NCBI GenBank assembly: GCA_045646985.1
Contig: JAZRLV010000037.1
Span: forward strand, 1-60,339
DNA from: Clostridia bacterium
GTDB lineage: Bacteria; Bacillota; Clostridia; UMGS1883
Length of the DNA stretch: 60,339 bases
Direction of reading: 5' to 3'
Below the pieces are notes generated by a model. That model had not been told where the DNA came from. It saw only the letters and a list, made by a program, of their open reading frames with translations, and did not search any database. Positions 40,040 to 51,600 of the stretch are shown one piece after another (positions within the stretch are counted from its first letter, which is position 1; every line of letters begins with the position of its first letter). The position numbers were made by a program, and so were the translations under genes.

Positions 40040-40828
40040 TTAATAACTGTATTCGTCAAGGCTTTTAAAAGTGTAGCCCTCTTTACGTGCATAATCTATT
40101 ACATCACCTAATGCGTCGGCATTTCCTTTGGAAACTGCATGAAGCAGCAGCACACAACCGCTGTGCAAATTTTTTGTTATTTTTTCAAATGAAGTTGAAG
40201 CGGACACATCGTTATTCCAGTCAACGTATGCTTGTGACCAAAAAACATTTGTGTAGCCTAAATCCTTGGTGAAAGCAAGGGTGCGCTCACTGTATTCGCC
40301 CTTGGGTGGTCTCAGATAGCGGCATTTTTCTTTGCAAATGCCATATACAAGTCGGTCAAGCTCAGAAAGCTCATACGCTACCTTATCAAGACTTTCCACA
40401 TTTGGAAGCGATGGGTGATTGAGGGTGTGATTCCCAATAATATGCCCCTCTTTTGCCATTCTTTTAATGAGGTCGGGATTACTTTTAACATAGGCGCCTG
40501 TTACAAAAAATGCTGCCTTTACCCCTTTTTGGCGCAAGGTATCGAGAATAACGGAGGTATAGCCGTTTTCATACCCCTCATCAAAGGTGAGAAAAATATT
40601 TTTTTCTTTACCGCCTTCCATATAGATGCAACCATTTTCCGACATCTGACGGATTTGCTCCTGCGTAAATTCGGGAACGCCATCTGTTTTATGAAAGCCC
40701 CAGCCTATAGCTTTTGTCGAAAACGAGGAATAATTTTCATTTAAAGGCGTTTTGGTGGAAACTGAAGAAGTGTTGCAGCCTGAAAAAAGAAACAGAGCAA
40801 GTAAAAGAAAAATAATAGCTTTTTTCAT
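40040..40828 (-). CDS. pdaA: Delta-lactam-biosynthetic de-N-acetylase PdaA-like polysaccharide deacetylase (lipoprotein signal)
   Basis: WGF.K......P..., LTFDEGYENGYT, FFVTG.YVK..P.LIKRM..EGHIIGNH...HP, YLRPP.G..SE, VFWS.A.VDW and GYTFKSLDE closely track B. subtilis PdaA as I remember it. LFSGC lipobox. Start ATG 40828. Confidence 0.85.
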   Translation of the reverse strand: MKKAIIFLLLALFLFSGCNTSSVSTKTPLNENYSSFSTKAIGWGFHKTDGVPEFTQEQIRQMSENGCIYMEGGKEKNIFLTFDEGYENGYTSVILDTLRQKGVKAAFFVTGAYVKSNPDLIKRMAKEGHIIGNHTLNHPSLPNVESLDKVAYELSELDRLVYGICKEKCRYLRPPKGEYSERTLAFTKDLGYTNVFWSQAYVDWNNDVSASTSFEKITKNLHSGCVLLLHAVSKGNADALGDVIDYARKEGYTFKSLDEYSY

Positions 40829-40847
40829 ATTTTCACTCCAAAAAAAT

Positions 40848-40873
40848 AGAACTGTGAAATTTTTCACAGTTCT
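40848..40873 (-). terminator. Hairpin plus U-tract abutting the pdaA RBS (terminator, attenuator or operator)
   Basis: AGAACTGTGAAA-TT-TTTCACAGTTCT palindrome. On the minus strand it is followed by ATTTTTT and then immediately by GGAGTG and the ATG. Confidence 0.45.
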
Positions 40874-41004
40874 CAGCGTGTCGATAAACCTATCGACACG
40901 TTGGCAGACATTGAAAAAGGAAGGTAAATTTGTCGAACACGAACTCGTCGGCGTATGTGGATACGGTAGAGGGCGTGTTCGGCGAAAACAAGCAAAATGG
41001 ATCT

Positions 41005-41048
41005 GTAGAAAAATGAATAAATATTCATTTTTCTACAGCCCCTTTTTT
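41005..41048 (+). terminator. 16-bp hairpin followed by CCCC-TTTTTT on the plus strand (possible 3' end of a plus-strand small RNA)
   Basis: CTGTAGAAAAATGAAT-AAAT-ATTCATTTTTCTACAG, then CCCCTTTTTT. Confidence 0.35.
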
Positions 41049-41165
41049 AAATGTTTATTATAGGGGATTACTTTCTTATAGAGCGGTTCGTCGAAAATCG
41101 CCGAACCCTACAAAAAATTTGATATTCAGTTTTGCTTGTGGTTGACCGACTTTTTCGACAGTCTG

Positions 41166-41198
41166 AAATGAGCATAACCACCTTGGTTATGCTCATTT
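41166..41198 (-). terminator. Hairpin 14 nt downstream of the S8 protease stop codon
   Basis: AAATGAGCATAACCA / TGGTTATGCTCATTT, a 15-bp stem with only a short U-tract. Confidence 0.5.
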
Positions 41199-41211
41199 CG
41201 TGTTATTACTT

Positions 41212-42606
41212 CTATTTGTTTTCTTTCACAAATCTATATAGAATTGCAGCAAATTCACTTCTTGTTGCGTTATCCTTTGGTGCAAGGATACTCTGTGACT
41301 TGCCGTTTATAAGTCCTGTACCAACTGCCCAATTCATAGAATCTATTGCATACTCCGAAATCTCTTTTTCGTCTTTATAATTGAGATTTTCTTCAAGCGT
41401 TACAGCATCCATGCCTTTATAGATTGCATATCTCATCATAATTGTTGCAATCTGTTCACGGGTAATATTATCATTCGGTGCAAACTTAGTTTCTGTTACA
41501 CCATATACAAGTCCAACTTGTTTTGCCCAGGAAATTGCATCAGCAAAACCCGAATCTGCGGCAACATCTTCAAAAGAAGCCTTAGCATCAGCAAGTGGCT
41601 TTCCTTCCAGTCTGTAAAGTGCCTCTACAAGCACGGCTCTTGTAAGTTTCTTCTGCGGCGAAAATTCAGCCTTTGAAGTGCCGTCAATCAAATGTTTGTC
41701 CACGCAGAAATTTACGTTTCCAAAAAACCAGTCTTCGCTTTTTACATCACGGAATATCTGTCCCGCTGCCGCATATTCACGGGCGGTTTTCATATTCAGT
41801 CTGCCGTAGCCGTTTTGATTATCAAAGCCGGCTTCACCCAAATCATCCGCCGTTGCACAAAGAATTTGCCCTGCACGCACAGCCGTGAGATAAGGATATT
41901 CGCTCATCAGTTTTGCGACGGCAGCCGATGCCCAGGCGGCACTGTAGCTTGTTCCGCTGACCGCCATGCGATTCCCTTTCATAGAGGAAACGAATACCTT
42001 TTCACCGGGTGTTAATATATCCACCCCGCTATGTGCGTTGGAATCTTCCCAAACAGTGGTTTTTTCTTCATTTAGTCCGCCGATGCACAAAACATTCTCA
42101 AAAGCACCGGGATAATATGCGGTGTCGTCGCCATCATTGCCTGCAGACGAAACCACAAGCGTACCTTTTTCGCCAACATACTCTATCGCATCAAAAAGCG
42201 CAGGTGTATAGGTTTTTACTCCGGAGCTGATATTGATAATATCGCAATCATAAATATCCTTTGCATCTCTAATCATCTGCGCAAGAAGAGCAACATCGCC
42301 TTTTGTCACGGCATTGTCTTCCCGAACATAATAGACCATCGGCACCAGAACCGCATCTTCGCAGATACCTGCAAGATACGCTTTCGGCGAGCCGACAATT
42401 ATCGAGGCAATGCTCGTTCCGTGACCGACTGTATCTTCTGTTGAGCCGTTTTCCACAATATAGTTTTTGCCCTCGGCAATTTTGTCTTCTGAAATTGAGA
42501 CAGAGGATATGCCCGTGTCAATAATGGCAATTCTTACTGCGTCCTCTGCAAAAGCTGTTGTTGTGAAAGTAAAAAATATAAGTATTGTTACAAGTAATTT
42601 TTTCAT
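41212..42606 (-). CDS. Secreted S8 (subtilisin-like) serine protease with C-terminal SLH domains
   Basis: Signal peptide. Catalytic triad motifs IAIIDTGIS (Asp), GHGTSIASI (His) and SGTSYSAAW (Ser). The C-terminal part of about 170 aa has SLH-type repeats (F.DV......A..WA...GL..G....F.P...ITR.Q.A). Confidence 0.85.
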   Translation of the reverse strand: MKKLLVTILIFFTFTTTAFAEDAVRIAIIDTGISSVSISEDKIAEGKNYIVENGSTEDTVGHGTSIASIIVGSPKAYLAGICEDAVLVPMVYYVREDNAVTKGDVALLAQMIRDAKDIYDCDIINISSGVKTYTPALFDAIEYVGEKGTLVVSSAGNDGDDTAYYPGAFENVLCIGGLNEEKTTVWEDSNAHSGVDILTPGEKVFVSSMKGNRMAVSGTSYSAAWASAAVAKLMSEYPYLTAVRAGQILCATADDLGEAGFDNQNGYGRLNMKTAREYAAAGQIFRDVKSEDWFFGNVNFCVDKHLIDGTSKAEFSPQKKLTRAVLVEALYRLEGKPLADAKASFEDVAADSGFADAISWAKQVGLVYGVTETKFAPNDNITREQIATIMMRYAIYKGMDAVTLEENLNYKDEKEISEYAIDSMNWAVGTGLINGKSQSILAPKDNATRSEFAAILYRFVKENK

Positions 42607-42623
42607 AAATCACCTTTTGGTCT

Positions 42624-42651
42624 AAAACGGCAGACCGGAGTCTGCCGTTTT
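42624..42651 (-). terminator. Terminator between the giant gene and the S8 protease gene
   Basis: AAAACGGCAGAC-TCCG-GTCTGCCGTTTT read on the minus strand. It starts 13 nt after the giant-gene stop and ends 18 nt before the protease ATG. Confidence 0.7.
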
Positions 42652-42663
42652 AGTTTTAGTTAA

Positions 42664-45600
42664 TTAGCCTTTTACAATTGTGATGGTCTGTACTTGCTTA
42701 CCGTTCGCATAAATTGCTACGGTTTGTGTGCCGCTGAACTTCGAACCATCAACTGTAATTGTGTTTCCGGAAGCAGTTACTGCACTGTTATTTGTTGTGT
42801 ATGTAACACCAACTGCACCGTTTACACCGTAAGTTGTAAGGTTAAAGCTCATCTTGTTGTTTCCATAAACCGTAATCTTCGGAATGGATGTAGCCGTTTT
42901 ACCACTAGTCCAAGTACCCATACTTCCTGTTGTGTCATTTTTGTTTGAATTACTCATAATATCCATACTGTTGCCTCTAGCATCTATTATGGTTACAGTC
43001 CAGTTAAGTGTATTACTGTATCCAAAGATTCCGAGGTTATGTATCCACCAAGTAACTTCTCTTGGATATACACCATAAGTCGGAGGATTAAATGTCTTGG
43101 TATGCTTACTGGATGCCAAATTATCATCATCTTGCGATTCGGTTTGTCCGTTGCTCCAATGAACAGTTGTCTGAATGTCTTTACCACAGGAACTGCTGGT
43201 CCAATAAGTTACCGAAGTTTGGTAGTAGCTTGTCTGCGCACTGTAAGAATTACGCACGAAATGAACTACGATTGTAACAGTATCTGTATAGTTCATCGTA
43301 AAGATCTTAGGAGCGTTCTTATCATAGCGTACACCGTTTAATGTGTAGCCGTCATAAGTGTATCCACTAGCAGCCTCCGGAACGATTGTATAAGTCTGGT
43401 CGTATACAAGCGAACCGTTTGCGCCAAGGCCCTGGATAGATGCAGTGTTATCACCATCGCCTTCCATCTTGAATGCGCGATCCGTGCTTACAGTAAACTT
43501 ATAGCTGTTTGCGCTGTATGTTGCCGTGATGGTTGTAGGTCCGGTGATTTCATCAAAGGTCTTATCCCAACCTGTGAAGGTGTAACCTGTTCTTGACGGA
43601 TTTGCCGGTGCTGTTGCTGCATCAAAGTGGTTGATTGTATTGCTCTTGAGCACAGTGCCGTCATGATCAACAAACTGTACGGTATAACTGTTTAAACTCC
43701 ACTGTGCATACAGGTTGATAACACCACCGTCTGCATCTGTAAGATTTTTGATTTCTGCACCATTGCTGTAAGCCGTACCCTTACCGTTCGGGTCTGTATT
43801 CCAGCTGGTGAAGGTATAGCCTGTGTAAGCAAATGCATTTGCATTCAAAGCAGCTGCCTGATCATAGATGAAGGACTGCGATGTGTAGGACGATGTATTG
43901 TTGTTTGCATAGAAGTTTACTGTGTACGTAATCGGTGTCCAGTTTGCACGATAGAACAGAGCGCCTACATTGCTACCTTTTTCAAGCGTTACAAGCTTTT
44001 GCGGTTCGCTGCCGTTTGCACCTGTCCAACCGGCAAAGATATAACCTTTCTTGGTCGGCTGCTGCAAAATGAAGCTTTCGGTTTCAACCGTGTAGGATGT
44101 ATCTGCATCTGTGATTGTACCGCCGTTAAGTTCGTATGTAATCGTGAATGTATCAAGACTCCATCTTGCATAAACCGTGCGGTTGGATGCATGATCCGTA
44201 ACAGTTTCTTCTGTTACCTCAACGCCGCCTTCTAAAGGTTCAGTAAACCAACCAACAAAACTGTAACCTCTTCTGTACGGGGACGGGAATTTGCCGTACG
44301 GCTGGCCGTATACAACATCCTTAGATACGAAGTCGGTCATACCGCCCTGACGGTCAAATGTGAGCTTGTATGTGTTTGCTTCCCAAGCTGCCTTAAGCTC
44401 GATTCCGCCCGTTACCGGCGTTTCAAAGCTATATTCTTCACCGTTTACTGTCCAGTAAAGGAATGTATACCCCACCTTGCTCGGGTCAGCAGGCTTCGTT
44501 GCAAGAGAATTGTAAGCAATGCTCTGCGCTTTCACCTCACTGCCACCATCAGAATTAAAGGTTACATCGTAATAGTTGATGGTAAAGTGCGGATACAATG
44601 TCTGATTCTCAGTAATTTCCACTACTGTATCTTCTTCAATCTTGTTACCTGCACCGTTTTCAAGCGTGAACCAACCCTTGAAGGTATAACCCGTACGCTC
44701 AAGCTGCGGAAGTGTGCCGTATGTGCCACCGTAAATAACCTCACTTGTTTCCTCCGTTGTACTGAAGGTGACCTCATAGGTATTGCGACGGTAGAAAATC
44801 TCAATCTTGGTATCGCCAAGGTTAGAAATCTTCTTCTGCTCAAAGCTTTCCGCGGTAAAGCCCGGATAGCTGTAAGATTGTGCCAAGGTCATAGAATCTG
44901 TTACACCCGTGAGCACCTGCGTATCTGCAAGCGCATAGGTTTCGCCGCTGACATCATACTGATAGTGATATACAGTATATTCTGTCGACTTGCTCGGCTC
45001 CCAGATTGCATAAAGCGAAACAACCGCAGCCTGCTCGCTTGCAAGATTGTGTACAGTTGCGCCATCTGCGTAAACCGTGTCACTGTTTTCAAGCGTCCAG
45101 CCTGCAAAGTCATAACCCTTCCAGGTAAATTCGTTAGCGTTAAGCTTTGCATCAACATCGTAAGTGAATGTCTGTGCTTCCATCGTACCGACACCGCCGT
45201 TTGCGTTAAACATAACCTCATATGTATTCGGTGTCCAGTTTGCCAAAATCGATGTTCCGCCAACAGGTACTGTTTCCTCTGTCAAGTTCCAACTTTCAAA
45301 GGTGTAGCCTGTACGTTCTGGAATTTCGTCAGTTTCCTCAATTGTTGCACCATATCTCTGGTTTGTCGTTGCAACAGTATTACCGTCATTGTCCAGCCAC
45401 TTAATATCGTAGTAATTTCTGTCGTAGTATACATCCACAACTGTTGACTCGTCACCGGCAATATTGGTCTGCTCAAATTCCTTTGCAGTAAAGCCCGGAT
45501 AGTTGTGTGCAACAACATTTGTGTCTGTATCTGTTACGCCTGTATGGTCGTCAGTTTCAACCAGTGTATATTCATCATCATCTGCATTCTGCTGCCAATG

Positions 45601-48600
45601 TTTAGAAATGTACTTTGTGCTTGTGCCTGCCTGCCATACTGCGTAGAGTGTAACTATGTCATCTTGAACATCAGCAAGGTTGTGAATGATACCACCGTCA
45701 GAATATTTAACCTCACCGTCTTCAGCTTCTGCCCAGCCTACAAATACATATCCGTCATGGTTGAATGTATTTGCGTTAAGCTCATCATCAACATCATATG
45801 TAAATGTCTGTGCTTCCATTTCGCCGATACCGCCGTTTGCATCAAACTTAATGGTGTAGGTAATCGGTGTCCATGTTGCCACAACAGACATTCCATCAAT
45901 AGGAACGATTGTCTCAGCAATGTTCCAACCGGCGAACTCATAGCCTGTGCGTTCAAGGCTTTCGGTTGTTTGGGCAACTCTTGAGCCGTATTTCTGACTT
46001 GTTGTATCAACAAGCTCACCATTGTAGCCGAGCCACTTGATGTCATATTTATTTCTGTCGTAATATACATTAACAACAGTTGTTCCGTCGCCGGAAATGT
46101 TTGTCTGCTCAAAGCTCTTTGAAGTGAAACCTGCATATGCATGTGCAATTACATTGGTCTGGGTATCTGTAACACCGTTGTGTTCTTCGGTTTCATGCAT
46201 TGTATACCCATCATCTTCCGCGTTCTGTTGCCAATGCTGAGAAATGTACTTAATACCCGAACCTGCCTGCCATACTGCATAGAGTGTAACCACTTCATTC
46301 TCTTTGTTTGCAAGATTTGTTACCTTGTAACCATCGGTATATTTTACACTTCCTTCAGGTGTTTCGCTCCAACCGAGGAATACATAACCGGCACGCTCTA
46401 TGGTATTCAAATCCAATGCTGCTGTTGTGTCATAGGTGATTGTCTGTTCCCCTGCAACAGTATCCTCATCATAGTTTGTCTTAAACTGTACCTGATAGGT
46501 AATCGGACTCCATGCTGCAGAAACGGATGTTCCGCCAACAGGTACCGTAGTATCAGGAACTGCCCAACCCGCGAAGGTATAACCCGTGCGCAGAGGATTT
46601 CCCGTTTCAGGTTCAACGATTTCAGATTCAAACCTCTGACTTGTTGTTGTAACAATTTCACCGTTATAACCAATCCAACGAATATCGTAATTGTTTCTTG
46701 TATAGTACACATTCACTTCTGTTGTACCATCACCCACGATTTCTTTCTGTGTGATTGTGTCAGGAGTGAACCCAGCATAAGTATGTGCAATGACATTGGT
46801 CATACTTTCTGTTACGCCGCTGTGTTCATTTGTTTCTTCCAAAGTATATTTATCGTCATTCACATTCTGTAACCAGTGCTTCGAAATATACTTCGTGCCG
46901 GAAGCCGGCGCCCACTTCGCATACAGCGAAACTGCATCACCTTGTACCTCAGAGAGATTGAGTACGCTTGCGCTGTCGGCATATACAACCTCACCGTCAG
47001 CTGCAGTTGCCCAACCGATAAAGTCGTAACCCGGGCGAACAATTGTGTTGACTGCTAATGCAGTGTTCTGATCATATGTGATTTCCTGCTCGCCTTCAAC
47101 CTTATTTTCACCAAAGTTGGAATTAAACTGTACCTTGTAGGTAATCGGTGTCCAATTCGAAGAAATTTCCACATCGTGGTCAGGCATTGTGTGCTCTGCA
47201 AGTGTCCAACCTGCAAAGATGTAACCAGTGCGCAAAGGCTCAACCGACGGCTCTGTAATCTCTGCTTCATAAAGAACAGAAGTTGTTGCTGCAGCGTTGC
47301 CGTCAGCACCCTTCCAGATTACATTGTAAGCATTTCTGGTGTAATATACCTGAACAACCGTGCTGCCGTCGCCCACAATCACTTCTTGGGTAATCGGCTT
47401 CGGCGTAAAGCCTGCGTAGTTTTTCGCTTCAGCTGTTGTTGTATCTTCAGTTGTTCCCGATTTTGCAGTCGTTTCGGCAAGTGTATAGCCTTCACCGGAT
47501 ACATTCTGCTTATAATGCTCTATCTTATAAGATGCCTGTCCCGGTTTCCAGATTGCATATAAGTTGTAGGTCGCATCCTGTGTATCGCAAAGATTTACTA
47601 CAATTGCACCGTCGTCATAAGTTTTTTCGTTATCTGTCCAGCCTGCGAACACATAACCCGGATTTTCAAACTTATTCACTGCAAGGCTTGTATTTGCATC
47701 ATAAGTTAAGGTCTGTTCAGAGGTTTTTGCAGTTTCCAGACCGTTATGGAATACAACCTTATAGGTAATCGGTGCCCATTTTGCGTAGGCTTTAATCTTA
47801 GTTGCCGGCATCGGTTCCATCGGAACATTCCAGCCATCAAAGATATAGCCCGTGCGCTCAGGTGCTGTATCTACAACCGGCTCTGTAACACTGCCACCAT
47901 AGATGACAGAGGTCGTTACAATAACTTCATCTTTATGGTTAAGCCACTCAACATCAAAATACGCTCTGTTGTAATAAAGCTTCAAGACAAGACTTCCGTC
48001 CGGTGCAACTTTTCCTGATTTGATATTGTTTGCATTTTCTTCATCAAACGCAAAACCGGAAATCGCTGCCGGAACAGCATTTACGTCAGTGTCGGTCTTG
48101 CCGCTTAAGAGAGAATCTTGCGCATACTTTGTATATGTACCGTCAAGCTCGGCAAGATAATGCTCTACCTTATAAGCCACACCGTCTGCCGGATCCCATT
48201 TTGCATAAAGGGTAATTTCGTTTGCAGGCATTTTATCGGAAGTAAAATTAACCGCGTCCGTATACGCTTCATCCATATACCAACCCGCAAATACATAACC
48301 TTGCTTTGTAAGCTCTGCTTCCGGCTTCACAATCTTCTTACCGTAGGCAACCGGAATTGCCTGTATTGCCGTAGCACCCTTTGTATCAAAGTTTACATTG
48401 TAAAGATTTCTCTTATAATACAGTTTGATAACGAGTGTTCCGTCTGCAAGAATGGCTGCCGTTTCAGCTTCCTGGGCGTTTACGGTAGCTTTTTCAAGTG
48501 CCATGCCCTCTACATCTGTTTTTGCCAGTACATTAACATCTAAAGCCTTATTGGTTTCGCCCTGTTTTTCCTCAAAGGAATTCAAACTGTAGCCGTCTTT

Positions 48601-51600
48601 ATCTGCTCTTTCATAATAGTGCTCAACTCTGTACGGAGTTTCTGTATCAGGAACCCATGTCGCTGTAAACACACTGTCCTGAGCAGGCATTACAACCGGC
48701 ACTTCCTTATCCCAACCGTCGAATAAATATCCGAGCTTTGTTACGATTGGCGTAGAAACATTCGCACCATAGTAGTTACTAAATACAGTTGGATTCTTAT
48801 CATCTTCGCCAGCTTTAAATGTTACGTTGTACTTGTTTCGTTCATAGTAAACCTGAAGCACAAGACTTCCGTTTGCCTTAACCACACCTTGTACTGTCTC
48901 AACAGGCGAGAATCCTTCGTAATCATTCGGCTGTGCTATAACAATAGACTCTGTTGTTCCTTTAAGAATAACAGTATCGTCTGTTACAAGGTCAAATTTC
49001 TTTGAACCGAGCTGTCTTAAATAATGCTCAACCTTGTATGGTGTATCCGTTGCAGGCGTCCATTTTGCATATAAAGTAAAGCTTGTATCGTTTTTGCCCG
49101 GAAGATTGGTTGTAGAACCGGTGTAAGGTCTAGTGAGTGCTTCATCCTTATACCATCCGGCAAATACATAACCCTGCTTTGTGGGATTCTGAGGCCACTT
49201 AATAGCCTCATTTCCTGCACCGCTTAAGGTTTTAACTTGAGTTCCGCCGTTAGAATTAAATGCAATATATCTGACACCCTCCGGATCAGACCAACTGATT
49301 TTCAATGTGCGGCTCGGTGTTGTAGAAGTATATGCCAAAGGCGCACCCTTGAACACAATCTTCATTTCCGTTTCTTCTTTAACCGAATTTCCCGGATTTA
49401 CAACAATCCGGTTATTTTCTGCGTCATAACTGAATTTATCATTATCAAATTCAATATGGAAATAATCTGTTATCGGTTTATCTTCGTCGTCTGCGAAATC
49501 AATATAGTCTTTAGGTACAAGCGGAGTGCCGCGGTTGCCCTTTTCTTCGCTTGTGGACCAGTTGCCTTCCTCGTCCTTTTCTCCGCCGTATACTTCACCG
49601 CTCTTTAAATCCATATACTTCATTTCAAAGAGCTCTGTCGGAAGATCAAGTGTTTCCTCAAGCATTTCTTGCGTATAAATATCCTCGCTTTGTTCGTAAG
49701 CAAAGTCTAGAATATTCTCCGATTGGCCTATCTCAAGGAACGGCCATTGATTTGAATACAGACTCGGCGTCCATGCATATTTGCTGTTCAAAACCTCGGC
49801 GACAAAGTTAACGTCAAGATATGCGCCGATTTCAATGAGCATTGCACCGGACATGGATTTCTCTTTAACCCATTCCTTTTTCGTTGTGCCGTCTTCTTGT
49901 TCCACAGGTTGATGGTAATTTGAGATACTCAAGTAAAAATATCCCCAGAACTGCGCATATAGACCACCTTCAGCCTGAACACCTATGCCATCGACCTTAA
50001 CAGAGAATAAACCAACCAATACCTTTGCTCTTACGCCGGCTTTGATTCCCATCATACCCATGACATAGAAGTCAAATTTATAACCATTTGTGCCAACATC
50101 AACGCTTTCCGATTCGGCTTCTTTGTTCATAACCGAAATATGAATGGTGTGCTTTTTGGATGCCTCATAGCAGAAGCTTACACCAAGCGCAACATTCAGG
50201 TTTGCCGAAACTACAAAGTCAACCTTTACGCCGTAGGCAAGAACACCATATGGGTCTACGGTGCCTGACTTATCAATAATATTGAACTCAAAAATGTCTA
50301 TCCAAGCATCATTGGCATTTTCCATGAAGTCCTTGTACTTATCCTCAAGACCTCCACCGTGGCTTCCCTCTGCCTCCGCCATAACCTTTTTGTATTTTTC
50401 TGATGCCTTCTTTATGCTTTCGCTAAGCTTGAAGAGTTTCTTAGTTCCCCACTCTGCTCCGTCATTTGCCGGCCACGGCATACCTGCATCTACTTCGTCC
50501 TGATCAAGTTTTGCAGTTGCGGTAATACCGATACCTGTGTACGAACCGATACCGACACTGGCATTCATTTCATAGTCGGCAATGTATGGGAATATCCATT
50601 TCTTCTTCCATACAGCACCGCCGTCCGCAGTAAAACCAAGTAAAACTTCCTCTTCAAAAAGAGCTGTAAGTTCCAAATGAAGTTTCTTTTTACTGCCTTC
50701 TTTTTGAACATCATACTCAAACTTTGCTGAAATTTCGATTCTTACACCTGTACTGTCTTCGAAATGTTCCAGTTTTGGTGTGATTGTTACGGAAACCTGA
50801 ATAGTGCTGTCTTCGGCAGTTTCAAAAAGATTACCCATCAGATGGATATCTCCATCTTCAAACTTTCTGCCATCAGGATAGATAATAATCAAATCCTCCG
50901 GTTTGGTATCCTCACCGAAAACCTCTTGAACTTCTTCCGTAAGAAGTGATGCCTCAGCAAGATATTGCGCAGCCTCCTGAATAAAGTTGCTTCCCATAAG
51001 CTGTGCATTAACAGCTTCTTCAATCTTTTGCTTATCTAAAGCATCCTCGATTTCTTCTTCCGAGAGTTCTTTTTCGTTGAACATATCCATTGAGGCAAGA
51101 ACATCAGCCTCTGCTGCCTCGGCATAAGTAATCGTAGCAGTTTCTTCGGAATATTCTATCGCAGTAATTCTGGCATAACCTGCATTTTGAGCCGCACCGC
51201 CAAATTCACCGGTATAAAAGCCAATAAAATCTCCGACTTCAACAATAGTCTGAGAATCAAGATTCATAACCTTGTATTCATCCCCGGAAAAATCAAGCTT
51301 ATCTTTGTCGATAACTAAACTTCCGGCATCAATACTCTCTACACCATCGCCTTCGTCAATATCAATCGGCAATACATCGGGCGTAAAAAGAACGTCTGTT
51401 GTTTCTGCCACTTTGTAATAATATGTATTTGAATCTATTGCGGTAATTTCAAGGTATGCCACATCGCCGTCATGGTCGCTTAAAACACTTCTTTCTGACG
51501 GCTTTGTTCCTGAATAAACCGCAACTGTGTCACCCACAGCTATTCCGCTACCATTATAGGTAAAGCTGCCGTTGCCTTCCGTTGCCTGGTATGTAGCCTC

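Noticed and set aside
40752-41063. A 103-aa plus-strand ORF spanning the pdaA 5' end and the structured spacer.
   Set aside because: It overlaps pdaA in antisense, then runs through several palindromes. It has no RBS and an implausible basic composition.
44587-47562. Large plus-strand ORFs (286, 159, 243 and 128 aa, and others) antisense to the giant gene.
   Set aside because: They recur with the same period of about 640 nt as the coding repeats on the minus strand. Their composition is Cys/Ile/Phe-rich, typical of antisense frames, and they lack RBSs. The minus-strand frame is uninterrupted for 10.5 kb.
43495-49280. Periodic repeats checked as a possible CRISPR array or tandem non-coding satellite.
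   Set aside because: The repeats are long (hundreds of nt), diverged and in frame inside a continuous ORF. There are no short identical direct repeats with unique spacers anywhere in the window, and no cas genes.
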